From Candidatus Latescibacterota bacterium (GTDB taxonomy: Bacteria; Latescibacterota; UBA2968; UBA8231), in assembly GCA_965208105.1 (NCBI GenBank), contig OZ242318.1, positions 1,792,001 through 1,856,000 of the forward strand: a DNA stretch of 64,000 nt, written 5' to 3'. The notes under the pieces are model-generated. The model saw nothing but the letters and a program-made list of their open reading frames with translations. It made no database searches and was not told the origin of the DNA. Position 1 is the stretch's first letter. Each line of letters begins with the position of its first letter. Positions 10,577 through 21,784 of the stretch are shown piece by piece. The position numbers were made by a program, and so were the translations under genes.

Positions 10577-12802
10577 ATGACCATTTCCCTGATCATCATA
10601 ATCGCAGTCTTCGCGTGGAACCCCCTGCGGGTGCAAGGCCAATGCGAGGATTGGAAAGCCTACACCAGCATGCGGGAAATCAATCACCTGCTGGTCCACG
10701 GCGACGCCGTCTGGTCCGCTACCTCCGGGGGCGTGTTGCGCTTCGACCAGAGCAGCCAGTCCTACACCCGCTACACCGTGCTGGACGGTCTGGCGGGCAA
10801 CAAGGTCCTGAGCGTGGCCGACGACGACCGCGGCCATCTGTGGTTTGGGACCCACCTGCAGGGGTTGAGCCGGTTCAGGACCAGCCCGGAAGGCTTCGAC
10901 CCTCCCTTCCTGGATTTCAAGGACCTTGATATATATGCCCTGAAAACCATGGGAGACCGCATCTTCGTTGGCACCGGGCGCGGGGTAAGCGTTTTTCTGA
11001 TCGACAAGGAAGAAGTGAAGGAAACCTATCGCCAGCTGGGCACTCTTCCCAAGGACACACCCGTAAACACGCTCGAAGTTGTTGATGGCAGACTGGTGGC
11101 AGGTACCGTCGCAGGCCTTGCCTGGGCAGATCTGAGCCTTCCCAACCTGCAGGATCCGGAGAGTTGGAAGAACTTTACGGCGGCTGGGACGGCGGAGGAT
11201 CTGATGATAGTATCCGATACCCTCTACACTGTCACACCCCAGGGCGTGTGGCGCTTTGATCCCGACTCGGACCGCTTCGTTCACGACAGCCCCAATTCCT
11301 CCGCCAACGACGCCGAACTTTCCAGCCTGGGCATCTTCAGGGGGAAGGTGATCGCCTCCAATAAAGAAGGATATTTCTACCAGCGCCATGGTGCTGGTCA
11401 CTGGTCCTTGAGCCCCACGCGAGCCATACCCAAGGTCCGCGCTCTGTCACGGGTCGACACGGTCCTGTGGATCGCCACTTCCCAAGGGCTCCGGGTCGTC
11501 GGCACCGTGCCGCCACCACCGCCGCGGGAGCCTACAGCCAACCGCTTTTACGAAATGGAATTGCTCGACTCAGGTGAGCTTTGGGTGGCGAGTGTTCCCA
11601 GCGACTTTATTCCCCCCCACGGCCTCTATCACTTCGACGGAACAGGCTGGACCGTATACGGCCTGCTCAGCGGCCTACCGACCGAAGTTGTGGTCAGCGT
11701 CGAGGTCAATGCAGAAGGCCGCCTCTGGGTTGGCACCTGGGGCAAAGGGGTGGCAATGCTCGACAAAAATGAAGAATGGATGCTGATCAACCAGAACAAT
11801 TCCGTCCTCCAGGGCCTGGGTCCGGAGAGGTCCTTCGTGGCCGTGAGCGACATCGAGCGTGACGAAGATGGCCTGATGTGGATTAACAACGTACAGATCG
11901 GTCTGGCCGTGATGGACGGCCTCGACCCTGCCCGGGCCACGCTCTACGACCAGAAGACCCTGGGTATTTCCGGTGACATCAGCAAATTGACCATCGCCCC
12001 CGACGGCATCAAGTGGATATCCACCTATCAGCAGGGCTTCCTGCTCTTCGACGACGGGGGGACGCCCTTCACAATAGGAGACGAGCATTCCATCCACATA
12101 AGCACCGGTAGCGAGAGCCGCCTGAGCAGCGACCGGGTCGCCGACATTGCCGTGGACTCCGGCGGCCGGGTGTGGGTGGCCACCAACAACGGATTGAACG
12201 TCCTCAGCGGCACCTATTCCAGGGAGAACCGCGAGCTCGAGATAGACGATTGGCGCATCTACACCACCGAGGACGGATTGCCCTCCAATGAAATCAAGGC
12301 GGTCGAGGAAGGCCGCGGCGGCAGCATCTGGGTGGGCACCGAGGGAGGGCTGGCGCAGATCGAGCCGGACGGGACCGTGGCCTTCTCCTTCACCACGGGG
12401 AACAGCTGCCTGGTGGACAACCGCATCAACTCCCTCCTCTTCGACGACGCCAATGGCGAGTTGTGGATTGGTACCCTGGACGGCCTCAGCCGCCTGAAGG
12501 CAGCGCGGGGAAGGGACGAGGACTCTGCGGTCCTGGGCATCTATCCCAACCCCTTCGTTCTGGGCTCTCCCGGTGCGGAGATGGTCTTTGCCGGCCTTCC
12601 CCTTGGAGCTTCGCTGCGAATATTCTCCCTCGGCGGAGAGATGGTATGGCATGGCGCTGGAACCCCGGGCAGCAGCGCCATCGCCTGGAACGGCCAGAAT
12701 GCCTCCGGATTCCTGGTCGGCTCGGGCATCTACTTCTTCGTAGCGCGGGACGAATCCGGCGCCGGCGCCAAGGGGAAGTTCGCCGTTATCAACGCGCGTT
12801 AG
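10577..12802 (+). CDS. Secreted beta-propeller (two-component regulator propeller/PorZ-like) with C-terminal FlgD/T9SS type-A-like domain
   Basis: Signal peptide. Repeated 'D..G.LW.GT..GL' blades. C-terminal 'IYPNPF...LRIFSL.GE.V...WNGQNASG..V.SGIYF...KFAVI'. Confidence 0.75.
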   Translation: MTISLIIIIAVFAWNPLRVQGQCEDWKAYTSMREINHLLVHGDAVWSATSGGVLRFDQSSQSYTRYTVLDGLAGNKVLSVADDDRGHLWFGTHLQGLSRFRTSPEGFDPPFLDFKDLDIYALKTMGDRIFVGTGRGVSVFLIDKEEVKETYRQLGTLPKDTPVNTLEVVDGRLVAGTVAGLAWADLSLPNLQDPESWKNFTAAGTAEDLMIVSDTLYTVTPQGVWRFDPDSDRFVHDSPNSSANDAELSSLGIFRGKVIASNKEGYFYQRHGAGHWSLSPTRAIPKVRALSRVDTVLWIATSQGLRVVGTVPPPPPREPTANRFYEMELLDSGELWVASVPSDFIPPHGLYHFDGTGWTVYGLLSGLPTEVVVSVEVNAEGRLWVGTWGKGVAMLDKNEEWMLINQNNSVLQGLGPERSFVAVSDIERDEDGLMWINNVQIGLAVMDGLDPARATLYDQKTLGISGDISKLTIAPDGIKWISTYQQGFLLFDDGGTPFTIGDEHSIHISTGSESRLSSDRVADIAVDSGGRVWVATNNGLNVLSGTYSRENRELEIDDWRIYTTEDGLPSNEIKAVEEGRGGSIWVGTEGGLAQIEPDGTVAFSFTTGNSCLVDNRINSLLFDDANGELWIGTLDGLSRLKAARGRDEDSAVLGIYPNPFVLGSPGAEMVFAGLPLGASLRIFSLGGEMVWHGAGTPGSSAIAWNGQNASGFLVGSGIYFFVARDESGAGAKGKFAVINAR

Positions 12803-12810
12803 ATACTGAA

Positions 12811-13482
12811 ATGATTCGACCAGCCCTCAAATCCCTGGCCCTTCTTTCAATTCCAATCCTGATGGCTCCAGGCCCTGCCGGTGCGGACTTGCTATTTACC
12901 ATTGCCCGCCTGCACTACGACGGTGGAGGGGACTGGTACAGCGATCCTTCCTCCCTTCCAAACCTGCTGCGATTCGTCGAGGAACACACCGGCATCGAGT
13001 CATCCAGCGCAGAAGCGCGGGTGCAGGTCATGGACGAGGACTTCTTCCTCTACCCCTATATCTTCATGACCGGCCACGGCAACGTATCCTTCTCCTCGGA
13101 AGAGACTCTTCGCCTGCGCCATTATCTCGAAAGCGGCGGATTTCTGCACGCCGACGACAACTATGGCATGGATGAGTCCTTTCGCCGAGAAATCAAGAAG
13201 GTCTTCCCCAGGAAAGACCTGGTAGAGCTGCCCCCCGACCACGGAATCTTCCACTGCCATTTCGATTTTCCCAATGGTCTTCCCAAGATCCACAAGCACG
13301 ACGGCAAGCGGCCCCAGGCCCTGGGCCTGTTCGACGGCGACCGCCTCATCCTGCTCTATACCTACGAATGCGATTTGGGCGACGGTTGGGAAGACGAGCA
13401 AGTGCACCAGGTACCCCCCGGAAAGCGCATGGAAGCGCTCCGCATGGGCGCAAACATTATCGTATGGGCCCTGACCCACTGA
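12811..13482 (+). CDS. DUF4159 domain protein
   Basis: 'Y.GGGDWY.DP.SL.NL', 'YP.IFMTGHG', 'GGFLHADDNYG', 'DLGDGWED', 'AL.MG.NI'. Start moved to the ATG at 12811, which gives a signal peptide. Confidence 0.85.
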   Translation: MIRPALKSLALLSIPILMAPGPAGADLLFTIARLHYDGGGDWYSDPSSLPNLLRFVEEHTGIESSSAEARVQVMDEDFFLYPYIFMTGHGNVSFSSEETLRLRHYLESGGFLHADDNYGMDESFRREIKKVFPRKDLVELPPDHGIFHCHFDFPNGLPKIHKHDGKRPQALGLFDGDRLILLYTYECDLGDGWEDEQVHQVPPGKRMEALRMGANIIVWALTH

Positions 13483-13492
13483 GCCTCGATCC

Positions 13493-16400
13493 ATGCAGGA
13501 CAGCAATAATTCCTATCACTCGGTAATTTTTCATCTGCGCAGGCTGCGGCGGCGCGCCCTGCTTTTGGATGTGGGCGCATCCCTCCTCCTCGGCCTTGCC
13601 CTCGAAGCGACCCTCCTCCTGGCATGGGTTTCCCTTGAAGCCCTGTTCTACCTTGCACCGCCCTGGCGCTCCGCATTTGGGCTCGCCGCCGGCCTGGGTT
13701 TCTTTGCAGCCGTTTCGCTTTACCTGGCCCGGAAGCTGCCCGGCCACCTGTCCTTCAAAAGACTCGGCTTGCATCTTGAGTCCTGCAGCCCCGAACTGCA
13801 ACAGCGCCTGATAAGCACCCTGGAACTCTGGCAAAACCGGCGGGCGCACCAGCTCTACTCCGAGGATCTGCTCCGGTCCACGGTCGACGATGCCTGCGCT
13901 ACTCTCGCCTCCCTGGACCCCAGGCGGATTTTCACCGCCCGGGATCTCGTGGTCCATGGCCGCTGGCTGGGACTGGTGGTTTTGTTCGCCCTCGGGTGGG
14001 GGGTCCTCTTCACCGAATCGTTCACTCAGGCACTGCACCGCTGTTCCAACCCTCTCACGGTTTTCGCCCGGCCTCCTGCCACCCTTGTTGACGTAGTACC
14101 CGGGGACATGGAAATTGTAAAAGGAGAAGACGCGGTCCTGACCATTCATTTCAGCGGCAAAAATCCGCGCACGGCCACAGTGTCGAGGCGGGAAGGGGAA
14201 GCTGCTCCCTGGCAGGAGGAAGAGATCATCGTCGATGGCGTCGACTCCCTTGCCTACACTTTCAAGGAGGTCAAGCGCACCCTTTCCTACCAGGTTCGCG
14301 CCGGAGACGGCTACACTCGGCCCCACTGGATAAGGGTCATTGATCCACCAGCCATCAGGCGCCTGCGACTCAAATACCGGTACCCGGCCTACAGCGGACT
14401 GTCCCCCCGCATAGATGAGGAGAACGGCGATATCGCCGCCCTTCCCGGCACTACGGTCGATATTGAGATCGCGGCCAGCAAGCCTCTCTCCAGGGCCGCC
14501 CTGGTCCTCGACGACTCACTCTCCATGCCGGCGCGAATCGAAGACCAGAGGGCCTACGCCCACCTCGTCCTGGACCGCAACGGCCACTACCACCTCGAAT
14601 TGACCGACCTCGATGGCGCAGTCAATCCCCATCCCATCCGCTATTCCATCCGGGCGATCGACGACCTGCCTCCCAGGGTATCCATCACCGAACCGGGACG
14701 CGACATGGACCTGACCGAATCCATGCAGGTGGTCATGGCTCTCGAGGCCACAGACGATTACGGCATCTCCAGGCTCGCCCTCGTCTATCGCGTCAACGAA
14801 GGCCCGGAGGAGCAGCGGCATCTGGCTGTGCCGTCCTCCGCGAAGATTCATTCAATTCACCGCTGGGACCTTGGGTCGATCGACCTTCTTCCCGACGACC
14901 TCATCCACTACCGCGTGGAAGCCTTTGACAACGACCAGGTCTCGGGGCCGAAGATGGGTTCCAGCCGGGAGTACGTCCTGCGCTATCCCTCCCTCCACCA
15001 ACTTGTTTCCGAAGCAGGCAGCGACCAGGATGAACAACTGGGAGGTCTGGAAGAACTGGCCGCCGACAGCCCGGAGTCGAGAGCCTATCTGGAAGAGGTT
15101 CGACGCCGGCTCCTCAACGAGGAAAAGTTGAGTTGGGGGCAGAAGAAAGAGTTGGAAGCCATCCTGGATCACGAGGAGCAACGCGCCCGGTCCGTCGCCG
15201 AGCTTGCACGGGAAATGGAAGAGACGATGGGACGACTCGAGGACGACGGTCTGGCATCCGAAAAACTGCTCGACAAGCTGGAGGAGGTGCGGCAGCTTCT
15301 GGCGGAGGTGACCACTCCCGAACTCCAGGAGGCGCTGATGGCCGTACAGCAGGCCATGGACAGGTTCGCGCCACCCGAACTTGCCGAAGCCCTGAAGGAG
15401 TTCAGGAAAGACCAGGAAGCCTTCGAGGAACGGCTTGACCGCGCGATCGACCTGCTCAAGCAGGTGCGGGCGGAACAGCGCCTCGAGGCCGCAGTGCAGC
15501 TGGCGGTCCACCTGGAAAGGCGCCAGGCCCAGATCAACACCAGGTTCGACCTCGGCGCCGACAGGGAAAACCTGCAAAGACAGGAGAACAGCTTGCGGGG
15601 GGACACCGAGCTCCTGCAGGGAGAGTTGCAGGAACTGGGCAGGGACATGGAGAAGTTCGGTCCAGGCACCTCCCGCAAACTGCAGAGGCAGGCGGAGGCC
15701 ATGGAGGAGCAGGACTTGAGCGGCCGCATGGAGGAGATGGCCGAGCGCATGCAGGACCTTCAGGAACAGGATGCCCGCCGCCTGGGCAGCGGGCTCGAGG
15801 AGGATCTCGGCGTCCTCAGCGCCAACCTGCAACAGTTGCGGGACGAGTACGGCGCCATGCAGAAAGACCGGCTTACCCGGCAGATCCGTCAGGCCATCCA
15901 CGAACTTCTGCGCCTGTCTCATGACCAGGAGAATCTGCGCGCCAGGACCGGTGCGCCCCTGGAACAAGCCTCCACTGCACTTGCCCATGATCAATTTGCC
16001 CTAATGCAGGGAACAGGCCAGGTAGTTGAAGGTCTTGCCAAGGTAGGCAGGGAGACAATGAGCCTGAGCCGGGGGCTGAACGTGACTTTGGGCTACGTGC
16101 TGCGCACGATGCGGCAAGCTGCCGACCAACTTGGCCAGCGCGACTGGTCGGCGGCTTCCACGGCTCAGCGGGAGTCCATGGGTTACTTGAACGAGTCGAT
16201 CCTCCTCCTCAGGGAAAGCCTGGAAAACCTGGCTCGATCCCGGATGCCCTCAACCTTCGGCGAGGCCATGCAGAAGATGTTGGACCTGGCCGAGAAGCAG
16301 GGCAATGTCAACCAGTCAACCCTCAAGGTCCTCGGGGCACAGGGGCGGCAAACGAGCATGGGTGGGCATCCGGAAGAGAGCCTTTCCGAGGAGATTGCCC

Positions 16401-16840
16401 GCCTGGCTGCCGAGCAGCGACGGATCTACCAGGCTCTCGCGCAATTGGAGCGCGATATGCGCGGCCACCGCGGAGCCCAGAAGAGAATACAGGCCATCGA
16501 GGAGGAAATGGATTCCGTGCTCCGGGACCTGGAGCGAAGCCCGGACCGGCGCACCCTGGACAAGCAGAACCGCATACTTCAGCGCATGCTCGATGCCAGC
16601 CGTTCCATCCATACCCGGGGATTTGACGACAAGCGCCGCGCCACCAGGGCGGGAGAGCATGCCTACACCGGACCCAACTGGCTGCCCGTCGATCTGGGAC
16701 AGTCATTCGACTTCCTGCGCCAGGCCATGAAGCACGCCCTCGATGGTCCCTACCCGGAGGAGTACCAAGCCCGCATCCAGGACTACTACGAACGTGTATA
16801 CCAGGATGCGATCGGGCGGGAAAGCGGGACCGTCCCTTGA
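13493..16840 (+). CDS. Large membrane protein with Ig-like domains and long Gln/Glu coiled coil (DUF4175-like)
   Basis: Three N-terminal TM segments, 'P.YSGL', 'D.PP.V.I..P', 'DDYGI', long helical C-terminus ending 'YPEEYQ..IQ.YY'. Confidence 0.7.
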   Translation: MQDSNNSYHSVIFHLRRLRRRALLLDVGASLLLGLALEATLLLAWVSLEALFYLAPPWRSAFGLAAGLGFFAAVSLYLARKLPGHLSFKRLGLHLESCSPELQQRLISTLELWQNRRAHQLYSEDLLRSTVDDACATLASLDPRRIFTARDLVVHGRWLGLVVLFALGWGVLFTESFTQALHRCSNPLTVFARPPATLVDVVPGDMEIVKGEDAVLTIHFSGKNPRTATVSRREGEAAPWQEEEIIVDGVDSLAYTFKEVKRTLSYQVRAGDGYTRPHWIRVIDPPAIRRLRLKYRYPAYSGLSPRIDEENGDIAALPGTTVDIEIAASKPLSRAALVLDDSLSMPARIEDQRAYAHLVLDRNGHYHLELTDLDGAVNPHPIRYSIRAIDDLPPRVSITEPGRDMDLTESMQVVMALEATDDYGISRLALVYRVNEGPEEQRHLAVPSSAKIHSIHRWDLGSIDLLPDDLIHYRVEAFDNDQVSGPKMGSSREYVLRYPSLHQLVSEAGSDQDEQLGGLEELAADSPESRAYLEEVRRRLLNEEKLSWGQKKELEAILDHEEQRARSVAELAREMEETMGRLEDDGLASEKLLDKLEEVRQLLAEVTTPELQEALMAVQQAMDRFAPPELAEALKEFRKDQEAFEERLDRAIDLLKQVRAEQRLEAAVQLAVHLERRQAQINTRFDLGADRENLQRQENSLRGDTELLQGELQELGRDMEKFGPGTSRKLQRQAEAMEEQDLSGRMEEMAERMQDLQEQDARRLGSGLEEDLGVLSANLQQLRDEYGAMQKDRLTRQIRQAIHELLRLSHDQENLRARTGAPLEQASTALAHDQFALMQGTGQVVEGLAKVGRETMSLSRGLNVTLGYVLRTMRQAADQLGQRDWSAASTAQRESMGYLNESILLLRESLENLARSRMPSTFGEAMQKMLDLAEKQGNVNQSTLKVLGAQGRQTSMGGHPEESLSEEIARLAAEQRRIYQALAQLERDMRGHRGAQKRIQAIEEEMDSVLRDLERSPDRRTLDKQNRILQRMLDASRSIHTRGFDDKRRATRAGEHAYTGPNWLPVDLGQSFDFLRQAMKHALDGPYPEEYQARIQDYYERVYQDAIGRESGTVP

Positions 16841-18312
16841 AAACCTTCTTCGCCGCCATCGCTCCGGCCATCCTCATCGGATCCTCCATCGCCGCCGCCG
16901 GGAACGAGGAATCCACCCTGCGCCGCCAGGTGGAACGCCTGCAGCGGGAGGGAGAATACCAGGCAGCGATCGCCACCATCCAGAAAGGCCGGCGGGACCT
17001 GGGCATGGACCGGTTACTGGACTGGAAGCTGGCCGAACTGCATTTGCTCGACGAAGACTACCCGAAAGCGGTCGAGGCCTATCTTCTCAACCTGCGCCAC
17101 GAACCCCGGCGGTATGCCCAGGTGGAGGGAATTCTTCAGTCCCTGGCGCGGAAAGGCCGGGCCGACCAGGTCATTCAGCTCCTCAAGTCAGCCGCGGAGA
17201 AGTCCGAGGACCCTCTTCCCGCCGCCTTGCTCGCCTCATCCTGTGCACTGGAGGCGGGAAATCCACAAACGGGCTTTGAAGTCCTTGGGCGAATCGCCTC
17301 GCGCCCCGAAGCGCCTGATCTGCTTTTTCAGTTCGCCTCGCGTTGCGAGGTCAAAGGCCACGATCTCATCGCCTCCCGCGCCTATTCCATTTTCGCTGAC
17401 CACAGTCCCCATTCGCCATACATCCACCAGGCTCTGTTGCGCCGCGCCCGTATCGAGGCTCGGCTCGGGAACATCGACCAGGCCATCGCGGCCTGCCGGA
17501 GGCTTGCGGGGGACTTCCCAGAACGCCCCGAAGCCATGGAAGCCCTGCTGGAGTTGGGGGGACTGCAACTGGAGGTCGTGAAGGACATGGATGCTGCGGA
17601 GACCACGCTCCGAACCCTGCTCGAATCGGCGCCTCAGCGGCACTTGCGCGCCGAGGCCCTCTCCCTTCTGAGCGAGTGTGCGCTGCGCCGGGACGATTTC
17701 GAAGGAGCCGCCGCCCGCCTTGAACAACTGCGCCGCACGGATCCCGCCTTTGCCTACGAGGCCGGCTACAAACTGGCCGAGCTATCCTATTTCAAGCACG
17801 ACTTCGATGCCGCCGTCGAAATTCTCGATCCCCTCCTGCAGGAGGACCACAGAGAGGACCTGGCCAACGACGCCCTGCAGTTGCTGCTGCGCATCGAACA
17901 GCACAAGGGTCAGGAGGAAGCACTTGGAATGCTTGCCCGGGCACAGTTGCACGAGCGCCAGAAACGGCCCGCCGAGGCCGCCGAGGCGTGGGCCTGGCTG
18001 GAAACCAGCGCCCCCAAGGTCCTGCGGCAACTGAGTATGCTGGTCCATGCCCGGATTCGCGCTGCCCGGCAGCAACCCGAGGTCGCGCTGGACCTCTACG
18101 CCCGCATGATCAGTACCTATCCGCAGAGCCCTTACATCCTGGACGCCCAGATTGATCGAGCCCGAATCTACCTGGAGCAAAACCAGGTCGGCCATGCCCT
18201 CGAGATTTTCGAGACGGCGCTGATGAGCTTTCCGGAGAATGCCCGCATCCCCGAAATCCGCCTCCAGGTCCAGCGCCTCCGGCGTTTGCAGGAAGAGAGA
18301 AAAACGGGATGA
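16837..18312 (+). CDS. Tetratricopeptide repeat protein, secreted
   Basis: Signal peptide, repeated TPR-like helices ('A...Y..A...Y', 'FP..P.A..AL'), overlaps neighbours. Confidence 0.75.
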   Translation: MKTFFAAIAPAILIGSSIAAAGNEESTLRRQVERLQREGEYQAAIATIQKGRRDLGMDRLLDWKLAELHLLDEDYPKAVEAYLLNLRHEPRRYAQVEGILQSLARKGRADQVIQLLKSAAEKSEDPLPAALLASSCALEAGNPQTGFEVLGRIASRPEAPDLLFQFASRCEVKGHDLIASRAYSIFADHSPHSPYIHQALLRRARIEARLGNIDQAIAACRRLAGDFPERPEAMEALLELGGLQLEVVKDMDAAETTLRTLLESAPQRHLRAEALSLLSECALRRDDFEGAAARLEQLRRTDPAFAYEAGYKLAELSYFKHDFDAAVEILDPLLQEDHREDLANDALQLLLRIEQHKGQEEALGMLARAQLHERQKRPAEAAEAWAWLETSAPKVLRQLSMLVHARIRAARQQPEVALDLYARMISTYPQSPYILDAQIDRARIYLEQNQVGHALEIFETALMSFPENARIPEIRLQVQRLRRLQEERKTG

Positions 18313-19571
18313 TGAAACTGCTCGGATTCTTCATGGTCTTGCTGTGCTGCTGCCAACCGCTCTATGCCGAGCGCCTGATGGTTCCCATGGACCTGACCCA
18401 GAAGGACCACCTCAAAGCCTACGGCCTGGCATTCTGGTCTCTGGAACGCGGGGTCAGCGTCGAGTGGCTGCTCAACTACCGGGGCGGCTCCTTCCTGCTT
18501 GACTATCGCGGCCCGATCGCTGCCGAGGCGCACATTCGCGGAGTCTCCTTCGTCCCGGTCTCCGCCTCTCAGGCCGCCGCCATCTACGCCGAGATCGATG
18601 CCTCCAACATGGAAGTAGTGCTCCTGGAAAAGGCCCCCAGGATCGCCATCTACACACCCCCGAACTCCCAACCCTGGGATGACGCGGTTACCATGGCCCT
18701 GGAATACGCCCAGATCAAATACCACAAAGTCTGGGACCCGGAGGTGCTCAATGGCGCCCTCGACGAATACGACTGGCTGCATCTGCACCACGAGGACTTC
18801 ACCGGCCAATACGGCAAGTTCTATCAGGGGGAAGGCCACAAGCCATGGTACCGGGAACAACAGCGCCTCTACGAAGCCCAGGCCCGCCACCTCGGATTCG
18901 ACAAGGTTTCCGAAGAGAAAAAGGCCGTTGCCCGGGCCATCTTCGACTACGTCGGAAAAGGTGGATTCCTCTTTGCCATGTGCTCGGCGACCGATACCAT
19001 CGATATCGCCCTGGCCGCAGCGGGGGTCGACATCGTCCACCAGATCTACGACGGAGACCCCGCCGATCCGCTCGCCCGGCACAAGATCGACTTCAGCCGG
19101 ACCTTCGCCTTCGAAAACTTCACTCTTGTAGAGGATCCCCTTTTCTACGAGTACTCGGACATCGACACCACCCCCACTCCACTGCTCCGGGCGCGTGGAG
19201 CCGAGGCAGAGTACTTCACCCTTTTTGAATTCTCGGCCAAACACGACCCGGTCCCCACCATGCTGACCCAGTGCCACACGAATATCGTCAACGGCTTCAT
19301 AGGCCAGACCACGGATTTCAAGCGCCAGCTCATCAAGGAGTCCGTGGTCATTCTGGGGGAAGTCGAGAAATCCGACGCGGTCAAGTACATCCACGGCCAG
19401 AGCGGCAGGGGAACATTCACTTTCTACGGCGGGCACGACCCGGAGGACTACAAGCATCACCTGGGCGATCCGCCCACCCAACTGGAGCTTCACCCCAACT
19501 CCCCCGGATACCGCCTGATCCTCAACAACGTGCTCTTTCCCGCGGCGAAGAAGAAGAAGCGGAGAACTTGA
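18309..19571 (+). CDS. Conserved secreted hypothetical protein (family often mislabelled 'asparagine synthetase B' in Bacteroidota)
   Basis: 'PMD..Q..HLKAYG', 'WLLNYRGGSF', 'PWDDAVT.AL.YA', 'DWLHLHHEDFTGQYGKFY', 'GGHDPEDY', 'HPNSPGYRLILNNVLFPAA'. Confidence 0.7.
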   Translation: MMKLLGFFMVLLCCCQPLYAERLMVPMDLTQKDHLKAYGLAFWSLERGVSVEWLLNYRGGSFLLDYRGPIAAEAHIRGVSFVPVSASQAAAIYAEIDASNMEVVLLEKAPRIAIYTPPNSQPWDDAVTMALEYAQIKYHKVWDPEVLNGALDEYDWLHLHHEDFTGQYGKFYQGEGHKPWYREQQRLYEAQARHLGFDKVSEEKKAVARAIFDYVGKGGFLFAMCSATDTIDIALAAAGVDIVHQIYDGDPADPLARHKIDFSRTFAFENFTLVEDPLFYEYSDIDTTPTPLLRARGAEAEYFTLFEFSAKHDPVPTMLTQCHTNIVNGFIGQTTDFKRQLIKESVVILGEVEKSDAVKYIHGQSGRGTFTFYGGHDPEDYKHHLGDPPTQLELHPNSPGYRLILNNVLFPAAKKKKRRT

Positions 19572-19691
19572 TGACTGCGGGCCTGTCGATATCTTGGGTC
19601 GGCGGGACACAGCTATCGCAGCCTCCGCCGCAACAACCGGCAAACCATTGAACTCAGGCGCTGAGCCAGGAGAAATCGAAAGGATGTACGA

Positions 19692-20699
<1,008 letters not shown>

Positions 20700-20730
20700 C
20701 CGAGAATCTACTTCCCGGCAAGGTTCCGAG

Positions 20731-21639
20731 GTGAACGCCTCCCGCGCCAACATCTCCTATCTCGATCCCGCCACCATCTCGCGATTGAGCCGCCTCGATC
20801 TGGTAGCCCGGCTCGTCGTGGAAGGTTATATCACCGGCCTCCACCGCAGCCCTTACCACGGATTCTCGGTGGAGTTTTCCGAGCATCGCCCCTACATGCC
20901 CGGCGACCCCCTGCGCCATCTCGACTGGAAGACCCTGGCCAGGTCCGATCGTCTATACATCAAGCAGTACGAGGAAGAGACGAACCTCAAAACCTACCTC
21001 CTCCTCGATACCAGCGGCTCCATGGCCTTCCAAGGGGGCGGTCCAATGGCCAAATTCCGCTACGCCTCCTCCCTGGCGGCGGCTCTGGCCTATCTCATGC
21101 TGCGCCAGCGCGACGCCGTCGGCTTGACGCTCTTCTCCAGCCGCGTTCAATCCTTCGTCCCGGCACGGTCGCTGCAGAGCCACCTGCAGGTGCTCCTGAA
21201 GGAGATCGACCGGGGCATGCCCGGCTCCAACACCCGCATGGCGCCATGCTTCCACGACCTGGCCGAACGCATCTCCCGCCGGGGGCTCGTGGTGGTTCTC
21301 TCGGATCTGCTGGACGATCCGGAAGAGGTGCTTGGAGGCCTCAGGCACTTCCGCCACCGCGGCCACGAGGTCATCGTCTTCCACATCCTCGACCCCCGGG
21401 AACGCGATCTGGAATTCAACCGGGAAACCCGGTTTTTCGACCTGGAAGACCCCGATGCGGTCCTTACAACCCAACCCTGGCACATTCAACAGGAATACCG
21501 CGGCCTCATGGACGACCTCGTCCGCACCTACAGGCATGGCTGCGCCGAGTCCCGGATCGACTACAACTTGCTCGACACAGCCACCTCCTTCGAAGTTGCC
21601 TTGACGCGCTACCTGGCGCGCCGCAGGAAATCAGGCTGA
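20731..21639 (+). CDS. DUF58 domain protein (MoxR partner, VWA-like)
   Basis: 'G.HRSP..GFSVEF.EHR.Y.PGD..R..DWK', MIDAS-like 'LLDTSGSM'. Confidence 0.92.
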   Translation: MNASRANISYLDPATISRLSRLDLVARLVVEGYITGLHRSPYHGFSVEFSEHRPYMPGDPLRHLDWKTLARSDRLYIKQYEEETNLKTYLLLDTSGSMAFQGGGPMAKFRYASSLAAALAYLMLRQRDAVGLTLFSSRVQSFVPARSLQSHLQVLLKEIDRGMPGSNTRMAPCFHDLAERISRRGLVVVLSDLLDDPEEVLGGLRHFRHRGHEVIVFHILDPRERDLEFNRETRFFDLEDPDAVLTTQPWHIQQEYRGLMDDLVRTYRHGCAESRIDYNLLDTATSFEVALTRYLARRRKSG

Positions 21640-21690
21640 CGCCCATGCAGGAAACCCCCGTTGCGCAGCCAGTCCCTGTCCCCTGCGCTG

Positions 21691-21748
21691 AATCTTGACT
21701 TTTTCGTCCAGATTACATACCTTAATCTTGACTTTTTCGTCCAGATTA
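21691..21748 (+). promoter_or_regulatory. suf promoter with two identical 25-bp palindromic operators (putative Rrf2/IscR-type sites)
   Basis: AATCTTGACTTTTTCGTCCAGATTA at 21691-21715 and again at 21724-21748. TTGACT-N17-TACCTT sigma70-like promoter overlaps the first copy. Confidence 0.75.
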
Positions 21749-21784
21749 ACCTTTTCTTCAACTTTTCTTTCCTCGGGAGCTCAC

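Noticed and set aside
12463-12810. N-terminal extension of the DUF4159 ORF (similar extensions on sufS, sufB, SSS, pncA, pncB and propeller genes)
   Set aside because: These overlap upstream genes or intergenic DNA. Downstream starts have RBS, coupling or signal peptides.
21691-21748. 25-bp direct repeat considered as a mini-CRISPR or att site
   Set aside because: Only 8 bp separate the copies, and there is no integrase or cas gene. The position and symmetry fit an operator.
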